Translations under genes and position numbers: made by a program | The notes under the pieces: model-generated | Told to the model about the DNA's origin: nothing | Databases searched by the model: none | What the model saw: the letters and a program-made list of their open reading frames with translations, nothing else | Part shown: positions 1 to 12,239 of the stretch, piece by piece | How positions within the stretch are numbered: the first letter of the stretch is position 1 | How the letters are laid out: every line of letters starts with the position of its first letter | Assembly: GCA_002269645.1 (NCBI GenBank) | Contig: NIVC01001974.1 | Coordinates: forward strand, 62,001 to 126,000 | Length of the DNA stretch: 64,000 bases | Direction: 5' to 3' | From: Macrostomum lignano | Lineage: Eukaryota

Positions 1-788
1 TTTTATTTTTAATGATATATATTCTTTTGAAAAATTGGCATTCAAACAACTCTGGAATTCGCATAAAAAATAAATTCTACATTGACCTAAAATTAAAAGA
101 ACATGAAATTTCATTCTGGTGTATGCCTGCCATGATCTAAACTATAGCAGGTTTGTCCTGATCAATTATAAGAATAGAGATACTAATAGAAGTGAGGTAG
201 TCTATGCCAACAAGCTAAAGCATGTATATTAGCCTTATAATCCTAACCTGTCTAGGTAGCCAATGATTATAATAATAAAATGTTTTATAATGGCTAGGTC
301 CTAGTATAAGTCTAATAGACTCTTTTATCAATGTTAAAAACCTAGGCCTATGTAGATTATAGTTAAGTTGTATATTTGCCATAGTTCGGATCATATAGTA
401 GTGTATGCTGGGTTTAATGCTAGATGAAACCATATTTATATACTAGGTTTGTGTGCCAATACAAAACAATTGTCATTTGACATTGACACAATATACCTGC
501 TATGTTATGTATGCTAGGATATATCCTGATGTATGCTGAAATATGGTAAGACCCTTGTTGTACATAGGGAAATCCCGGCATATATGTTGCCTTCCAAACT
601 ATGGCATATATGTGTTTTGCTAATAGAGCTAGGGCCTACCTTTATTTGCATGGCTTTAAGTTAAATATTTGTGTCTAATTTGTTTTTTAGAATTTAAATC
701 AACTATTTTTTCAGTTGTATTCTGCTTTTTAGACAAGTACTTATATGTAGATATTATATTTTAATTTTGCATTTACATAAATCATAAA

Positions 789-1508
789 TGTGAGGGTTCC
801 CTGACAGATATTCGCAACAGATATTTTCTCCTTCAAACGGATAATTCAAACAAAAAATGAATTTATGTTTCGGGATGCATTACTTACTCTGATGCCATAT
901 TCAGCTTTAAAATTTTGTAGACAAAAATTTAATGTCTTAAAGAAAAAAATATTGGTACGAATACAAAGTGTGTCAAAACAAATTTTATCACACATTCCTT
1001 ACAAAAAAATTCTCACGCCAAAGAACTTATCAAGTAACGGTAGCAATTAATTTTTTGTCAGTTTCTGACGCATGTCTTAACTTTGCAATGACACCTTAGA
1101 CACATGTCTGACTTTTGTATTTCCCAGGATATCTGCTTCCAAAGTGTGCTTTCCGTGAGTCATTCATCATCCTTACCAGGACCAACCAAAACTTTGACTT
1201 ATTGCTCCATCTCTATGCTTCAATCATTTGCTCTGAAACTTCTACCACTTTTTGACGCATGTCTCAGCTTTGCAGTGACACCTTAGACACATGTCTGACT
1301 TTTGTATTTCCCGGGATATCTGCCTCCAAAGTGTGCTTTCCGTGAGTCATTCATCATCCGTACCAAGACCAACCAAAACTTTGACTTATCGCTCCATCTC
1401 TATGCTTCAATCATTTGCTCTGAAACTTCTACCACTTCTTGACGCATGTCTCAGCTTTGCAATGACACCTTAGACACATGTCTGAATTTTGTATTTCCTG
1501 GGATATCT
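789..1508 (+). repeat. Left TIR with internal 187-bp tandem units
   Basis: 789-1327 is the reverse complement of 12240-12778. The 187-bp unit starts at 1104, 1291 and 1478 (partial); duplicated ORFs 1104..1286 and 1291..1473 reflect it. Confidence 0.9.
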
Positions 1509-1920
1509 ACGAGTATCCTGGGAAAGCTTTACTTTCCAGAGATAGTAGAGTTTTTGATCTTGCATTATTTACCATACCTTCCTCTATGGGCTGCCTTTAC
1601 ATGGCATTGTTTGCTGGTGAAGTTTAAGTCCCCATTTTCTAATGTGCATATAGAAAGTTGGTTTAAAAGAATAAAATCAACTCTGGAACTGCCTCTTTTG
1701 CCCGCAATGTTTTGTAAATCCAACACAGAATTCATTCATGACAGAATCAAAGAAGCAAACATTGCCCACAAAATGAAGTCTCGACCATTTGTCTGCCCTC
1801 GAAAGAGAAAGCACGATTCCATGACTCCAGAAGGAGCGCAGGAGCAGTGGGATAGAAGGCGAGCGAAGTATACAATGAGGAACTTTGTAAAAATAATTTA
1901 TCACTCTCAGAATCAACAAC
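1509..1920 (+). pseudogene. C-terminal fragment of a NOF/MULE-like DDE transposase, running into a polyQ tract
   Basis: KLYFPEIVEFLILHYLPYLPLW...SNVHIESWFKRIK resembles the region around the third catalytic Glu (T/SNxxxExWF..K) of Mutator/NOF-type transposases. It abuts the left TIR directly, so the N-terminal part is deleted. Confidence 0.55.
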
Positions 1921-1935
1921 ATGACCAGCCCCCAC

Positions 1936-2016
1936 AACAGCAACAGCAGCAGACAGAACGGCAGCAGCAACAGTCTCAGAAACAGCAACATGACCAGCCC
2001 CCACAACAGCAATAGC
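1936..2016 (+). repeat. 81-bp direct repeat (left copy; right copy 9767-9847) flanking the LINE insertion
   Basis: AACAGCAACAGCAGCAGACAGAACGG...CCCACAACAGCAATAGC is identical at both sites, and the left copy ends exactly where LINE sequence begins. It lies within a 60-bp polyQ-coding tandem repeat. Confidence 0.8.
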
Positions 2017-2031
2017 TGTTGTTTCTTGGTG

Positions 2032-3539
2032 CAGCTACTCAAGCACCTACCGCCGACCAGTGTGGCCGCCTTCACTAACCTGTTTCAAAGATCATGGCAA
2101 AGGTCCGAAGTTCCCCAAAACTGGCAATCAGGTGAAATCATCCCGCTGCTGAAGGACGGACTGGACCCAGAGATCACATCATCGTACCGCCCCATCTGCC
2201 TGACAGCCACCATCAGAAAATGGCTAGAAAGGGTGGTCAGCAACCGGCTATACCACACGCTGGAGAGCAGAAGCCTACTTGCCAAAGAGCAGGCGGGCTT
2301 TAGAGCTGGCCGCACTACAGCAGACCAAGTGCTCGCGCTGTGCCAGGACATTGCAGACGGTTACCAGCTAAAGCTAAAAACAATCGTAGCACTGCTAAAT
2401 TATGCGAAGGCATATGACATGGTATGGAGAGATGGCCTGTTAGAGAAGATGCAGCGGTTAGGTATCGACCCGGTACTAATCCGGTGGGTCCAGGCATGGC
2501 TCTGCAACAGGCTAGCCTGGGTCCGCCTCGGCAACGAGCGCTGGAGTACGGTGGTCATGAAACAGGGGCTGCCCCAGGGCAGCGTGTTGTCACCAGTCCT
2601 TTTCCTGATTTACATTAACAATGTGGTGGAGCAGGTAAACCAGCCAGTCAAGATCAGGCTGTTCGCCTGGGGCTGTGGGTTCAAGCGGAGACGGTGGAAA
2701 AGGCGGCGAGAAAAATGCAGTTAGTGGTGTCGGATGTGGCAGAGTGGAGCAGGAAGTGGCTACTCCAGCTAAACCCACAAAAGTGCGAGGTGGGCCTGTT
2801 CAGCCTGAACAACAAGGACCGTGTGGAGAATGTTGCGCTGACCATCGAGGGAAAGCATCTCCGCACCACAGAGGTCATCAAATACCTCGGCGTCACCATC
2901 GACCGACGGCTGACATTCTCCGAGCACATCCACCTTTGTGTCATCAAAGCGCAAAACCGGATCAGCCTGTTGAAGAGACTCTGCGCCACAGGCACTGGCC
3001 TACCCTTGGAGCTAGCCAGAATGGCGTATGTGGCGCTGGTCCAACCTGTCATCGAGTATGCAGCGGCGGCGTGGAGCCCGTGGGTGTCGGAAACGCAGTG
3101 GGCCAAGGTGGAATGATGCCAGCGGGCGGCAGCCAGAGTCGTAACCAGGCTGCCTAGCTCGACACCGGTCAAAGCGCTGCTCGAAGAAGCTAGGCTCCAG
3201 GACTTGCGAAGCCGAGCCAGAGAAGCAGCTGTCAACCTGTACGATAGCTACCTCAGGCATGCTGCGGAGGACAGTCGCAAATGCTTAGCCTGTGCGGATG
3301 TCCAACAGCGCCAAAAGAGGACAAACTGGCGCCGGGAAGCCAGTAAAGAATGGGCAGCTATCTTTGACACGGACCTGCAAGCTGACAACCACACGTGGAC
3401 CGCGCCATGGGATGGTGGAGCGGCAAACCTGGTGTTCCCGCAACCTGGCAAGAGAGAGATATGGAAGGAGGAAAACAAAAAGGTAGCGCGTGAGAAGCTG
3501 AGCGAGTGCAAGTTAGACGTGATTATTTTTACCGACGGG
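2032..3539 (+). pseudogene. LINE reverse transcriptase (degenerate)
   Basis: ORFs 1921..2724, 2694..3116 and 3204..3545 join through frameshifts near 2665 and 3110. The catalytic FADD has lost its DD (reads IRLFAWG). Confidence 0.9.
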
Positions 3540-6500
3540 CAGTGATGGGCATAGCGGGCGCTAAATTTGAAATTCGCTATAGCGCCACTACGATTTTTGA
3601 AATTCACTAATATCACTAAATTGAATTTTGACTTAGCGTATGCTACAAAAGCGCCGCTATGTTTCGCTCAAATTCGCTAAAAGTTGAAATTCGCTAAATT
3701 TTAGGCAACTAATTTTCTTTTACATCGGTTTTTTAGATTCTCAGTCTTTCAAACAATTTTGTTTTACTGATTTTAATTTTTAAAATCTTTTTTTTAACAT
3801 ACGTAACGTAACAGTATTTAGAATTTACAGGAATTTACTGAATTGAATTACTGTATAGGCTTTCGCAGTTTTGCTTTCCTTTCTTTAGGCTACTTTGTAA
3901 TTAAATACGCTCGTAATTATTAATAATAATAATAAGTAATAAGTTAATAATAAGTAATAAACTAATAATATAAAATAATACAGCATACAGGCCACTCAGC
4001 CAGCTGATCATCATCGTGATTTGATTTGATTTATTTGATACGTGAATAAATTGTGATTCATTGATTTGTGATCGACTGATCGTGACATCGTCATCAACTC
4101 GACAACTCATCGTCAATCGTCATCATGTCAGAGACAGAGTCAGATTCTACTAAGTCCAAGAATTCGAATACCAATGCTGATGCTGTTGCTGACACTCACA
4201 TAATTCATGAAGTCATTCAAGTCACTGATGACGATGATGAAGCACAAGAATTGCAGAATCGAAACCCTAATCCTTTTCCTCATATTAATAAGTATTTTGT
4301 TTTTTTAAAAATGGGAAGTGAAGAATAAGAATGTCTATTCTAGTTCTTCAAACTCTAAGCAGTCAAAGAAAGGGGCTGCAGCTGCAGCAATGCCAACAAC
4401 AACAAGTCAAACAGCTTGCCCTGTTTTTGTTTGTCAATTATGCTTGCCTAAAACAGTCTTGGTTAGAGGACAGGCATCTAGCTTTTTTAACCTAAAAAGT
4501 CATATCTCGAGACATCATGGCTATGCAATGTCTGAGGTAAGTTTTGCTTTTTGTCTATGCTCTTTCTTTCAGTAGTATAGTATTTTTGTTTAAACTCTTC
4601 TGTTTGCTTTGCATTAGCCTTCTTGCTTTTTGTAGCTGGCCTGCTGTAGGTTAGGTAATAGGTTGATTCTAGAATTTCTTGCTCTCTACTATATACTCTT
4701 ACTCTACAACCTACATCTCTACTTCTAACTCTAATTCTATTCTAACTAATTTTCTAAGGAGTCAAGGACTAAGGCTTACTACTAGTGTATTTATAAATTA
4801 TACTAATTATTAATTAATATTAAGAATAAAATAATGTCATATATATTATATTCAATAAGCATTAAGCAATGAATTTTTAATTATGAGTCATGAGTCTCAT
4901 GACTCATAAAAAAATGAATATATATTCTAATTTCTAAATTACCAATTTACTAATAAATAATAAATAAAATAAATATTGAGATGAGAAGTAAAAAAATAAT
5001 AATACATGCTTAAACATACACAAATAAACTTAATATTTAGAGTAGAACTACACACAAACTAGAAATCTAGAATATAAAGACTAAACAAATATATTTGTAA
5101 TATTCCTTATTTCTTAGCATTGACTTATCACTTAAGTAAGTAATTTATTTAATTCATTATCAATCATTGAGCCATCATTTTCTTTTCTTAATATAAATAA
5201 TACAGTTTGAAGACTGTCTCAAGTCTGGTCGAACCTACACTACAAAAAAGCGATCAGCTTCTTCTGGTCCTGATCCAACCTGCACCAATGATCTACCAGC
5301 TACTGAGTCTGAGTTTCAATCTGCTTCCAAGACTCTATGTCTTGCTGTGAAAATACCAAGTTCCAACCAGACTTCTATGTTGCAATCATCATCGTCATCT
5401 GCCGGTGCAAGTGCATCAGTATCAGCAGTTTCACCTTTGCCATCATTGGCATTGGCACCAAGGACCAGTCCTTCTCCAAGAGCTACTGGTCCAAGTCCAA
5501 GCCCTCGCCAAAAAGTGCAACAGGCTCAACAGCTCAGCTTGTCCTAGTGTTTCAGTCGCTCTAATCCTGGTGTTTCACAAGAAGAGGCCAACAGTCGCTT
5601 ACTGAGCTGCATAGTGAGCTGCATACTGCCTTTGCAGATTGTGGAGTCTGAGGATTTTGCTTACTATGTGAGTGGACTCAACCCACAAAGGACCCTGCCA
5701 TCACGCCGCACATTAGGTCGATGTCTAAGTCAGAAACATGCTTTAATGGAACAGCATCTTATCAGGTATGTATTCTAGCCTAGCCTTAAACTACTTAAAC
5801 TCGTATGAACCTCAATTCTCAGACCTGTTTGAATTCTAATTAAATTTCAAATTTAAATTTCAAACAGGCTCTTAGGCCAAGCAAAGCATGTAGCAACGAC
5901 TGCAGACTGCTGGACATCTAGCACTCAGCGCTCCTATCTCGGTGTGACAGTCCACTGGTTAGATGAGCATAGAACCCGCCAATTTGCAGTACTTGCTTTT
6001 GTACGCCTACTTGGCAGTCATACCGGTACTGCCCTTGCACAAGCATTGCTGGCTGTGCACACGAAGTTTGGGATTGAGACAAAAACGGTTCGAACAACTA
6101 CGGACAATGGCTCTAATTTTGTGAAGGTTTGCCACTTGCCCACTTCTTAAGTTCTTTCTTAAAGTGCTCATAGGCTGCTGCTGATACTCTAAGCTATATG
6201 CTACTAAGTTAAACTTACAATTACAAAGCAAAATTAAATAGGTACATCATCAATTCATCATTCATCATCATAAAAAGAAATTTGAAACAACAATTAAGTC
6301 AATATTTAAATACTTAAAAAGCACGCATTTTATTTTACTAGGCCTTCCGTGACTACGGCGCTGCATGCGGCTTTGTTCTTATCGACATTGAGTCAGAAGA
6401 TGCTGAGCCTGAGACTGGCAGAGGGACTGCCGATGGTGACAAACTAGATTCTGTTGGAGAGTCAAACACTAGTGATGACGACGGTGAAACTGAGGAGTAC

Positions 6501-8918
6501 CTGCCATTGGTAACAGTCTCTGTTGATGAGGAACTGGGGACCGCTTCCCCTGATGAGCTACAACCACTACCAGCTCACATGCGATGCGCTGCTCACACAC
6601 TGAACTTAGTAGCCACTACAGACAGTATTGCAGCAATCAATTCAGACTCTGTATTGAAAACCCAGTTGCGCAAGACAATGGGCAAAGCTCAGGCATTGTG
6701 GAATGCTCAGGGTCGCAGCAGCAATGTATCTGACGATATTTACAAAGCCATTGGTCGGAAACTGGTTGTGCCAAACACTACCCGCTGGAATCCTACATAC
6801 GACGCCGTCCAACTACTGAGCAGCGTGCTGGGCAATGAAAAAAAGCGACAAGCGCTTAACAAGGTCATGGTCGACATGAAAAATCAGCTCCTGCCATTTC
6901 AAGCTGACAATATGGCCTTTCTGGACGAGTATAAAAGAGCCATGTTGCCAGTGTCTATGGCCTTTGATGTACTTCAGGGGGAGCAGCACTGCTACCTAGG
7001 GATTCTGCTTCCCACTCTTGCTGTGACTACGCAGCGACTTAATGACATATTGAGTTCCGAGCTGAGATTTTGTCAACCATTGGTGCTTTCCATGCTCCAA
7101 AGCATTCAACGTCGATTTGAAACTGCATTCCTGGATAAGACTGTATATTGGCATCAGCATTTCATCCTTGCTTTCACCTGTCCTGGCTCCAAAAGCATGA
7201 TCTTGCGAGGGTTAGTGCCGTCCAGCGAACAATGGAAGCGGAGGTTGAAAAGTACATTTCTGCACATTTGCATCATCAACAGGCTGGATCTGCGGAATGG
7301 GATGCTGCTGGTTCAGAATCAAACAACCAGACCTGTGACAGTGAGCATCAATCAATTGGCCTAAGTGCCTTTTTCAACGACAGTGACATGCTGCAGCCCT
7401 TCAGGGCACAGGTTGATAAGTTGCCCAAAGCTAAAGCCAAGGCCATTGTCAGAGTGGCTCTCTGCAGCTCTGCAACTTGAGTACGGATTTTCGGATTCTG
7501 CGTTTAATTCTGAGCTGGCCCTTGCTGACCTATTTGTGCGGTTTAACACTGCCATGCCGTCAAGTGCTGCTGTCGAGAGAGTTTTTTCTATAGCGAAGGA
7601 CATACTTCGGGCCAAACGGGCGCGTCTGGCTGACAGCACGCTGGCTTGGCTGATTTTGTTGCATGCTAATTGCCATCATTTATAATCTAATCTAATCATA
7701 ATTTCATAACCATGAATCAATAATCATGCTAGGATGCTGCTGACTTTTGTAAACAATATAGTTGATTATTCATAGTTCTGACTAAATCTAATTGACTAAT
7801 TGTAATTAATTTGATAATGTAATGTTGTAATGATAAGTGGTATAGTAATTGGTAACTGTAACTGACTGCCGCTGACTGGTAATGGTAAATGATATTGATT
7901 TTATATTATATCAGTTCCTTAACTGATTGTCTGAATCTGAATGTCTGATGACTGATGAGATGATATGATTGATAGGATTGAAAGAATCATCGAATGATAG
8001 GTTGATAGTCATTACATTTTCATTACTCATAGTCTAGTCATAGACTCATATATATCATAGTCATAGTCAAGTCATGTATACTGTACTGATACTGTCATAC
8101 AGATACTGATAGGGATAGAAATGAAATAAATCGATAGTCAGTCATACTCAGTCATAGGACTCAGATAGATCATAGACTGATACTGATGCCTGATAGACGA
8201 TAGTGATGACTGATAAGTGATGAGTCTAACTTTTCTTTTTTGTTTTTGTTACTTGTCTCGTTTTTTGCTGTTTGTTTTTTGTCTGAATAATTATTTTATC
8301 TCCTAAATAAATCTATAAATGTTCATTTTGATTTTTAATTTATTCAATTGATTCAATTGCGATTGTGCCGTAGTAAGTACAATACAATTCCGTAAATCAG
8401 TAATTCAATTAATTCCAATAGTAGAATTTAAATAGTCATGTCAATTACTATCACTGACCGCTGACTGGCGACAGTGACCGAATTGGCGACTGGCAGTGGC
8501 AACTTACTAAGTAAAGTTACTAAACTTAGTACGGTACTACTGTCTGTTAGTGTTAGTGTTACTGTACCGGTTACCTTACCTTATCCTTTGGCTTCGCGCA
8601 GTATAAGTACAACAATTTACTTTTTTCAATTTGACAATTTTTTAACTAATTTGTGTTTTATTTTAATAAATATAAAGTAAAATCTTGCTAATATTAACAC
8701 TGCTTAAACTAAAGAAAAGAAACAGTAAAAATGAATCTTTTTTCGTGTTTTTAGGAAATTTTGAATTTTAGCGAATTTCATATTTAGCGGCGCTAAATTT
8801 GCTAATTTTGAAACTAAAATAGCGGCCGCTACATAGCGGCGCTAACTTTTTTAAAAAATTTGATAGTGGAAACACTATATAGCGGCGCTACAAAAATATT
8901 TAGCGGTGCCCATCACTG
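3540..8918 (+). mobile_element. Full-length hAT DNA transposon (5379 bp)
   Basis: 12-bp TIR CAGTGATGGGCA / TGCCCATCACTG; perfect 8-bp TSD CCGACGGG (3532-3539, 8919-8926); subterminal (TA)GCGGCGCTA-type motifs at both ends; internal hAT transposase gene. Confidence 0.97.
4125..7685 (+). pseudogene. Spliced hAT transposase (BED finger, DDE core, hATC dimerisation domain) with lesions
   Basis: Exons 4125-4536, 5206-5765, 5868-6126, 6342-7685. Motifs: BED CQLC..HISRHH, TADCWTS, TTDNGSN, RCAAHTLNL, TRWNPTY, PSSAAVERVFS. Frameshifts near 4315, 7138 and 7450; in-frame TAG at 5545-5547. Confidence 0.93.
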
Positions 8919-8926
8919 CCGACGGG

Positions 8927-9709
8927 TCAGTTGACAAGGAAGGAAGAGGTGGAGCCAGTTTCAGCGTGTGGGCCGAAGGCGTCGAGATTGCAACTGGCAG
9001 CCACCCTGCAGGACCCGGATGCTCATCGATGCAAGCGGAGATTGCTGCGATCAAGATGGCAGTCAAGTGGATTGACCAGCAGCAGACAGGGTGGAGCGCC
9101 ATCACCATAGCTTGCGATAGCTTGGCTGCACTCCAAGCGCTGAATACCCTGCCACGGCGTCGAAATAGGCTGGCTAATGCGATCTGGACCGTGCTGGATA
9201 AGTGGATCGACAGGTCGGTGCGTTTCGTATGGGTGGCTGGACACGCAGGCGTGGAAAGTAACGAACGAGCCGATGTGCTAGCGGCCAAGGGCCGCCCCCT
9301 GAATGGCCCGGAAGGACCAGGATGGATGGCGGAAGCTGCAAAGCTGGAGATAAGGAACCGCATGCGGAGGCGAGCTGGATGGAAGCATGCCGAGGCGGAG
9401 GCGACTTACAGCGCCGGCAGACCAAACTGGCACATCGAGGCCAGCTGGCTGGTGACGGAGAGGGCCAATTACACTCGCTTCCACGTAGGCCATAATACCA
9501 AGTTGGCGGCGTATGCTCACCGCATCGGCCTGGCTACTACAGCGAACTGTCAGCACTGCGAGCAGGGAGAACAAATGGTAGAGCACATAACCATCAAGTG
9601 CCCAGCCTTGGATAGCGTCAGACGGCAACTTGGGATAACCAGCCTGAGCGCCCTCTGTAAAGACCCGGAAGCCGGCCGCCGGCTGTGGAACGCGTTTCAG
9701 CGACTGTAA
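8927..9709 (+). pseudogene. LINE RNase H domain plus C-terminal zinc knuckle
   Basis: SSMQAEIAAI, CDSLAAL, WVAGHAGVESNERADVLA, CQHCEQGEQMVEHITIKC. Continues the frame interrupted at 3539. Confidence 0.92.
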
Positions 9710-9847
9710 GAAAGGCACTGCACCGAGGATAACAGCCAACAGAAACAGCAATGCGAAAAACAAACAAACAGCAACAGCAGCAGACAGAACGGCAGCAGCA
9801 ACAGTCTCAGAAACAGCAACATGACCAGCCCCCACAACAGCAATAGC

Positions 9848-11254
9848 AGCAGACAGAACGGCAGCAGCAACAGTTTCAGAATCAGCAGTCGACATAGTTG
9901 GAGCCTAATTTTGTCACTCTCTGAGATATTCATGGCACAATAGTAACTTATGATCAACTAGCAACTCTTGATGGATCTAGTTGGTTGGATTACTCCGTGA
10001 GCGTAATTTTGTGTAATCTGAGTAAATTCCCTAAGTATGTTTCACATTCTTATAACCATACACATATGCTGTTACATATTAGGTTGTATACGGCTATTTG
10101 GCTGCGGTGGCTAGCGGAATCAAAGACGCTGTTGTCATGAAGCAAAGCGACTTTTATGCAGTCATTGACAACCCAAGCAATCTTCTGCTTCCGACAAAAG
10201 AAGCCTTGCAGAACTACGCGACAAGAAGAAGCGTAAGTATAATTGCAAATACAAATTACTCGTATATTAATTATTAAAGAAATGATACAATCCATTTTGT
10301 TCTTACCACTATCCAACAATTAGAAAATAACAAAAATTCTGATTCCAATGTTGTCACTGAGCCATTTTTGGCTCGTAGCAATCCTTCTTGATGAGAAAAA
10401 AATCTACTCACTGGACTCAATGAGGCGCACTGGCGGAAGAAGAAAGAATGAAGTGGAGGAAATAGCAACAAAGTGGAAGTAAGGAATGTACCAAGCCTAA
10501 AATTATTTTATTATACCTTATGCAAATCTCTGCATCTATAAAATTTGTTTTAGTTTCAGCGCGCTACTCCTATTGTCAGATGTCGACGAATGTCTTGGCC
10601 CACTCATTGAAACTCCCAGAGGGAATGCTTCACAGTTTCCCATCGGATTTGCACGCAGCAAATAGACTCCAACTCCTGTGGCATTTTTGTTTCGCTCTTT
10701 GGAAGAAATTTATTGCTTGGTAGGTGCACTATTATACCTAATGTGTAGCCAAAGCTGTCCATTGCTCGAGGCATTATAAAGACAGCAATAACCAATTTTG
10801 ATGAAAAATCAGACCTAAACACATGCCGCAGTTGCCATTTAGAAGAACCCCGGCCGTGGGGTCGAAATCATTCTACGAGTACAATTGAGTGGGTAAGTTA
10901 CGTTGAAAATTAACACCTTAGTGTACCTTAGAAACGATCAATTTCTTTTGCTATGTTAACCCGATTAAGCTGAAACTTTAGCACTGAATTTATTACATAT
11001 AGGTACATGTTTTTGTCAATTTTTATAAAAATCGATTGAACATGTGCAAAGATAGGAGGGGTGTCTAAGAACTTTTTGGACGCACTAAGGTAATTCATGT
11101 AAGTATATACGAGCGTATGAGGCATAGCTATACCGCATAAAATCTGCAGATTGAGTGCCCATCGTGCCTCTTCTGGTTTCACAAATCTTGCTGGACTCAA
11201 CAACAAGACCAGAACAACAAGATGTGTGTCACATGCATTAATTTAGATAGCTGA
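9848..11254 (+). pseudogene. Spliced Ulp1/SENP-like (C48) cysteine protease plus PHD finger: 3' part of the outer transposon gene
   Basis: Exons ..9996, 10083-10232, 10324-10478, 10560-10892, 11150-11254, all GT-AG. Translation: YDQLATLDGSSWLDYS|VVYGYL; ILIPMLSLSHFWLVAILLDEKKIYSLDSM; QQIDSNSCGIFV; CRSC..EW|IECPSCLFWFHKSC..CVTC. In-frame stops near 9894, 9922 and 10746; indels in the fourth exon. Confidence 0.85.
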
Positions 11255-11309
11255 CGGTTATGTTTGTTTATACGAAAGTTATATTTCCTAAAATTTCCTA
11301 GCTTTATTT

Positions 11310-11866
11310 TGGCCATATGAATACAGTGAGCAATAACTGGCGAGTTTCACCTCAAACTCTGAGATTGAGCAAAAGCTCAAACTCAAGCAACTGTTCTGAT
11401 CTGGAGCAGTTGCTCAATGTTTATATGAATCATAGATCTTATATTCCCTAGATAGGCCACTTTGTATGGCGGTAACAGGTAAAGTGCGACCGCTGGTTTT
11501 CATCACTTGTGCGAAAAAGCCTACATGGGTTGCCTATAAATTTGAGTTCAATAGCGTAGGGACATAAATGCTATTTGCCGCTTAGGGACATAGCTGAATG
11601 CTTAACCAGTGAGTCTACTACAGAGGAGACTCAACTTTTGCTGAGCAAGATCTCAAGACAAATTGCAATTGTTTATGACCAGAGTTTATTCATACTGAAA
11701 TGAGTCTCTACTCAGTCACCGAGCATTTGCTCACAGGGAGAGCACTACATGTAACTCTTGGGAAATTGATTTTGAGCACTTGCTCAGGAGGACGCACTCA
11801 TTTTATTCATACTGATTTGAGAATCTCGCCAAGTTTGAGCAACTACTCACTTTATTCATACGACCA
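11310..11866. mobile_element. Putative degenerate MITE
   Basis: Imperfect TIR TGGCCATATGAATACAGTGAG vs reverse complement of CTCACTTTATTCATACGACCA (about 18/21); TTT on both flanks. Confidence 0.4.
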
Positions 11867-12239
11867 TTTGTTCTTTCCCCTCAACTACAATAGTAACTGC
11901 AATAATCTATACATAGTACTTGAAGACATTTACACAAATACAGTTGTTCTTAATGAGTTATTGTTATTTGTTTCGAGAAACTGCTTGTAATACTTTACAA
12001 AAAACTTATGTCAACAATATACTTTTCGCCACCAGATTCGCCAAGAAACAGACATTGTTCAGGAATAACACAAAAGCTAGCTGACTCTATCTAAAGGTGT
12101 CATTTTGAAACCAAAGGGCTCAAAAAATATCTTGAGAAATACACAAACCAATCATGTGTTTGATTACGTGTCTCATAGTATGCTTGAGCAAAAGATGCAG
12201 TGAGAGATATATAGACATAACCCACAGAATGCACAATTA

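Larger units (their letters stand above)
2017..9736 (+). mobile_element. 5'-truncated RNase H-bearing non-LTR retrotransposon (I/Ingi/Nimb-like), split by a hAT insertion
   Basis: RT motifs (YRPICL, QAGFR, AKAYDMV, GLPQGSVLSPVLF) at 2032-3539, then RNase H and a CX2CX7HX4C knuckle at 8927-9709. The two halves rejoin in frame as IFTDGSVDK. Confidence 0.9.
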
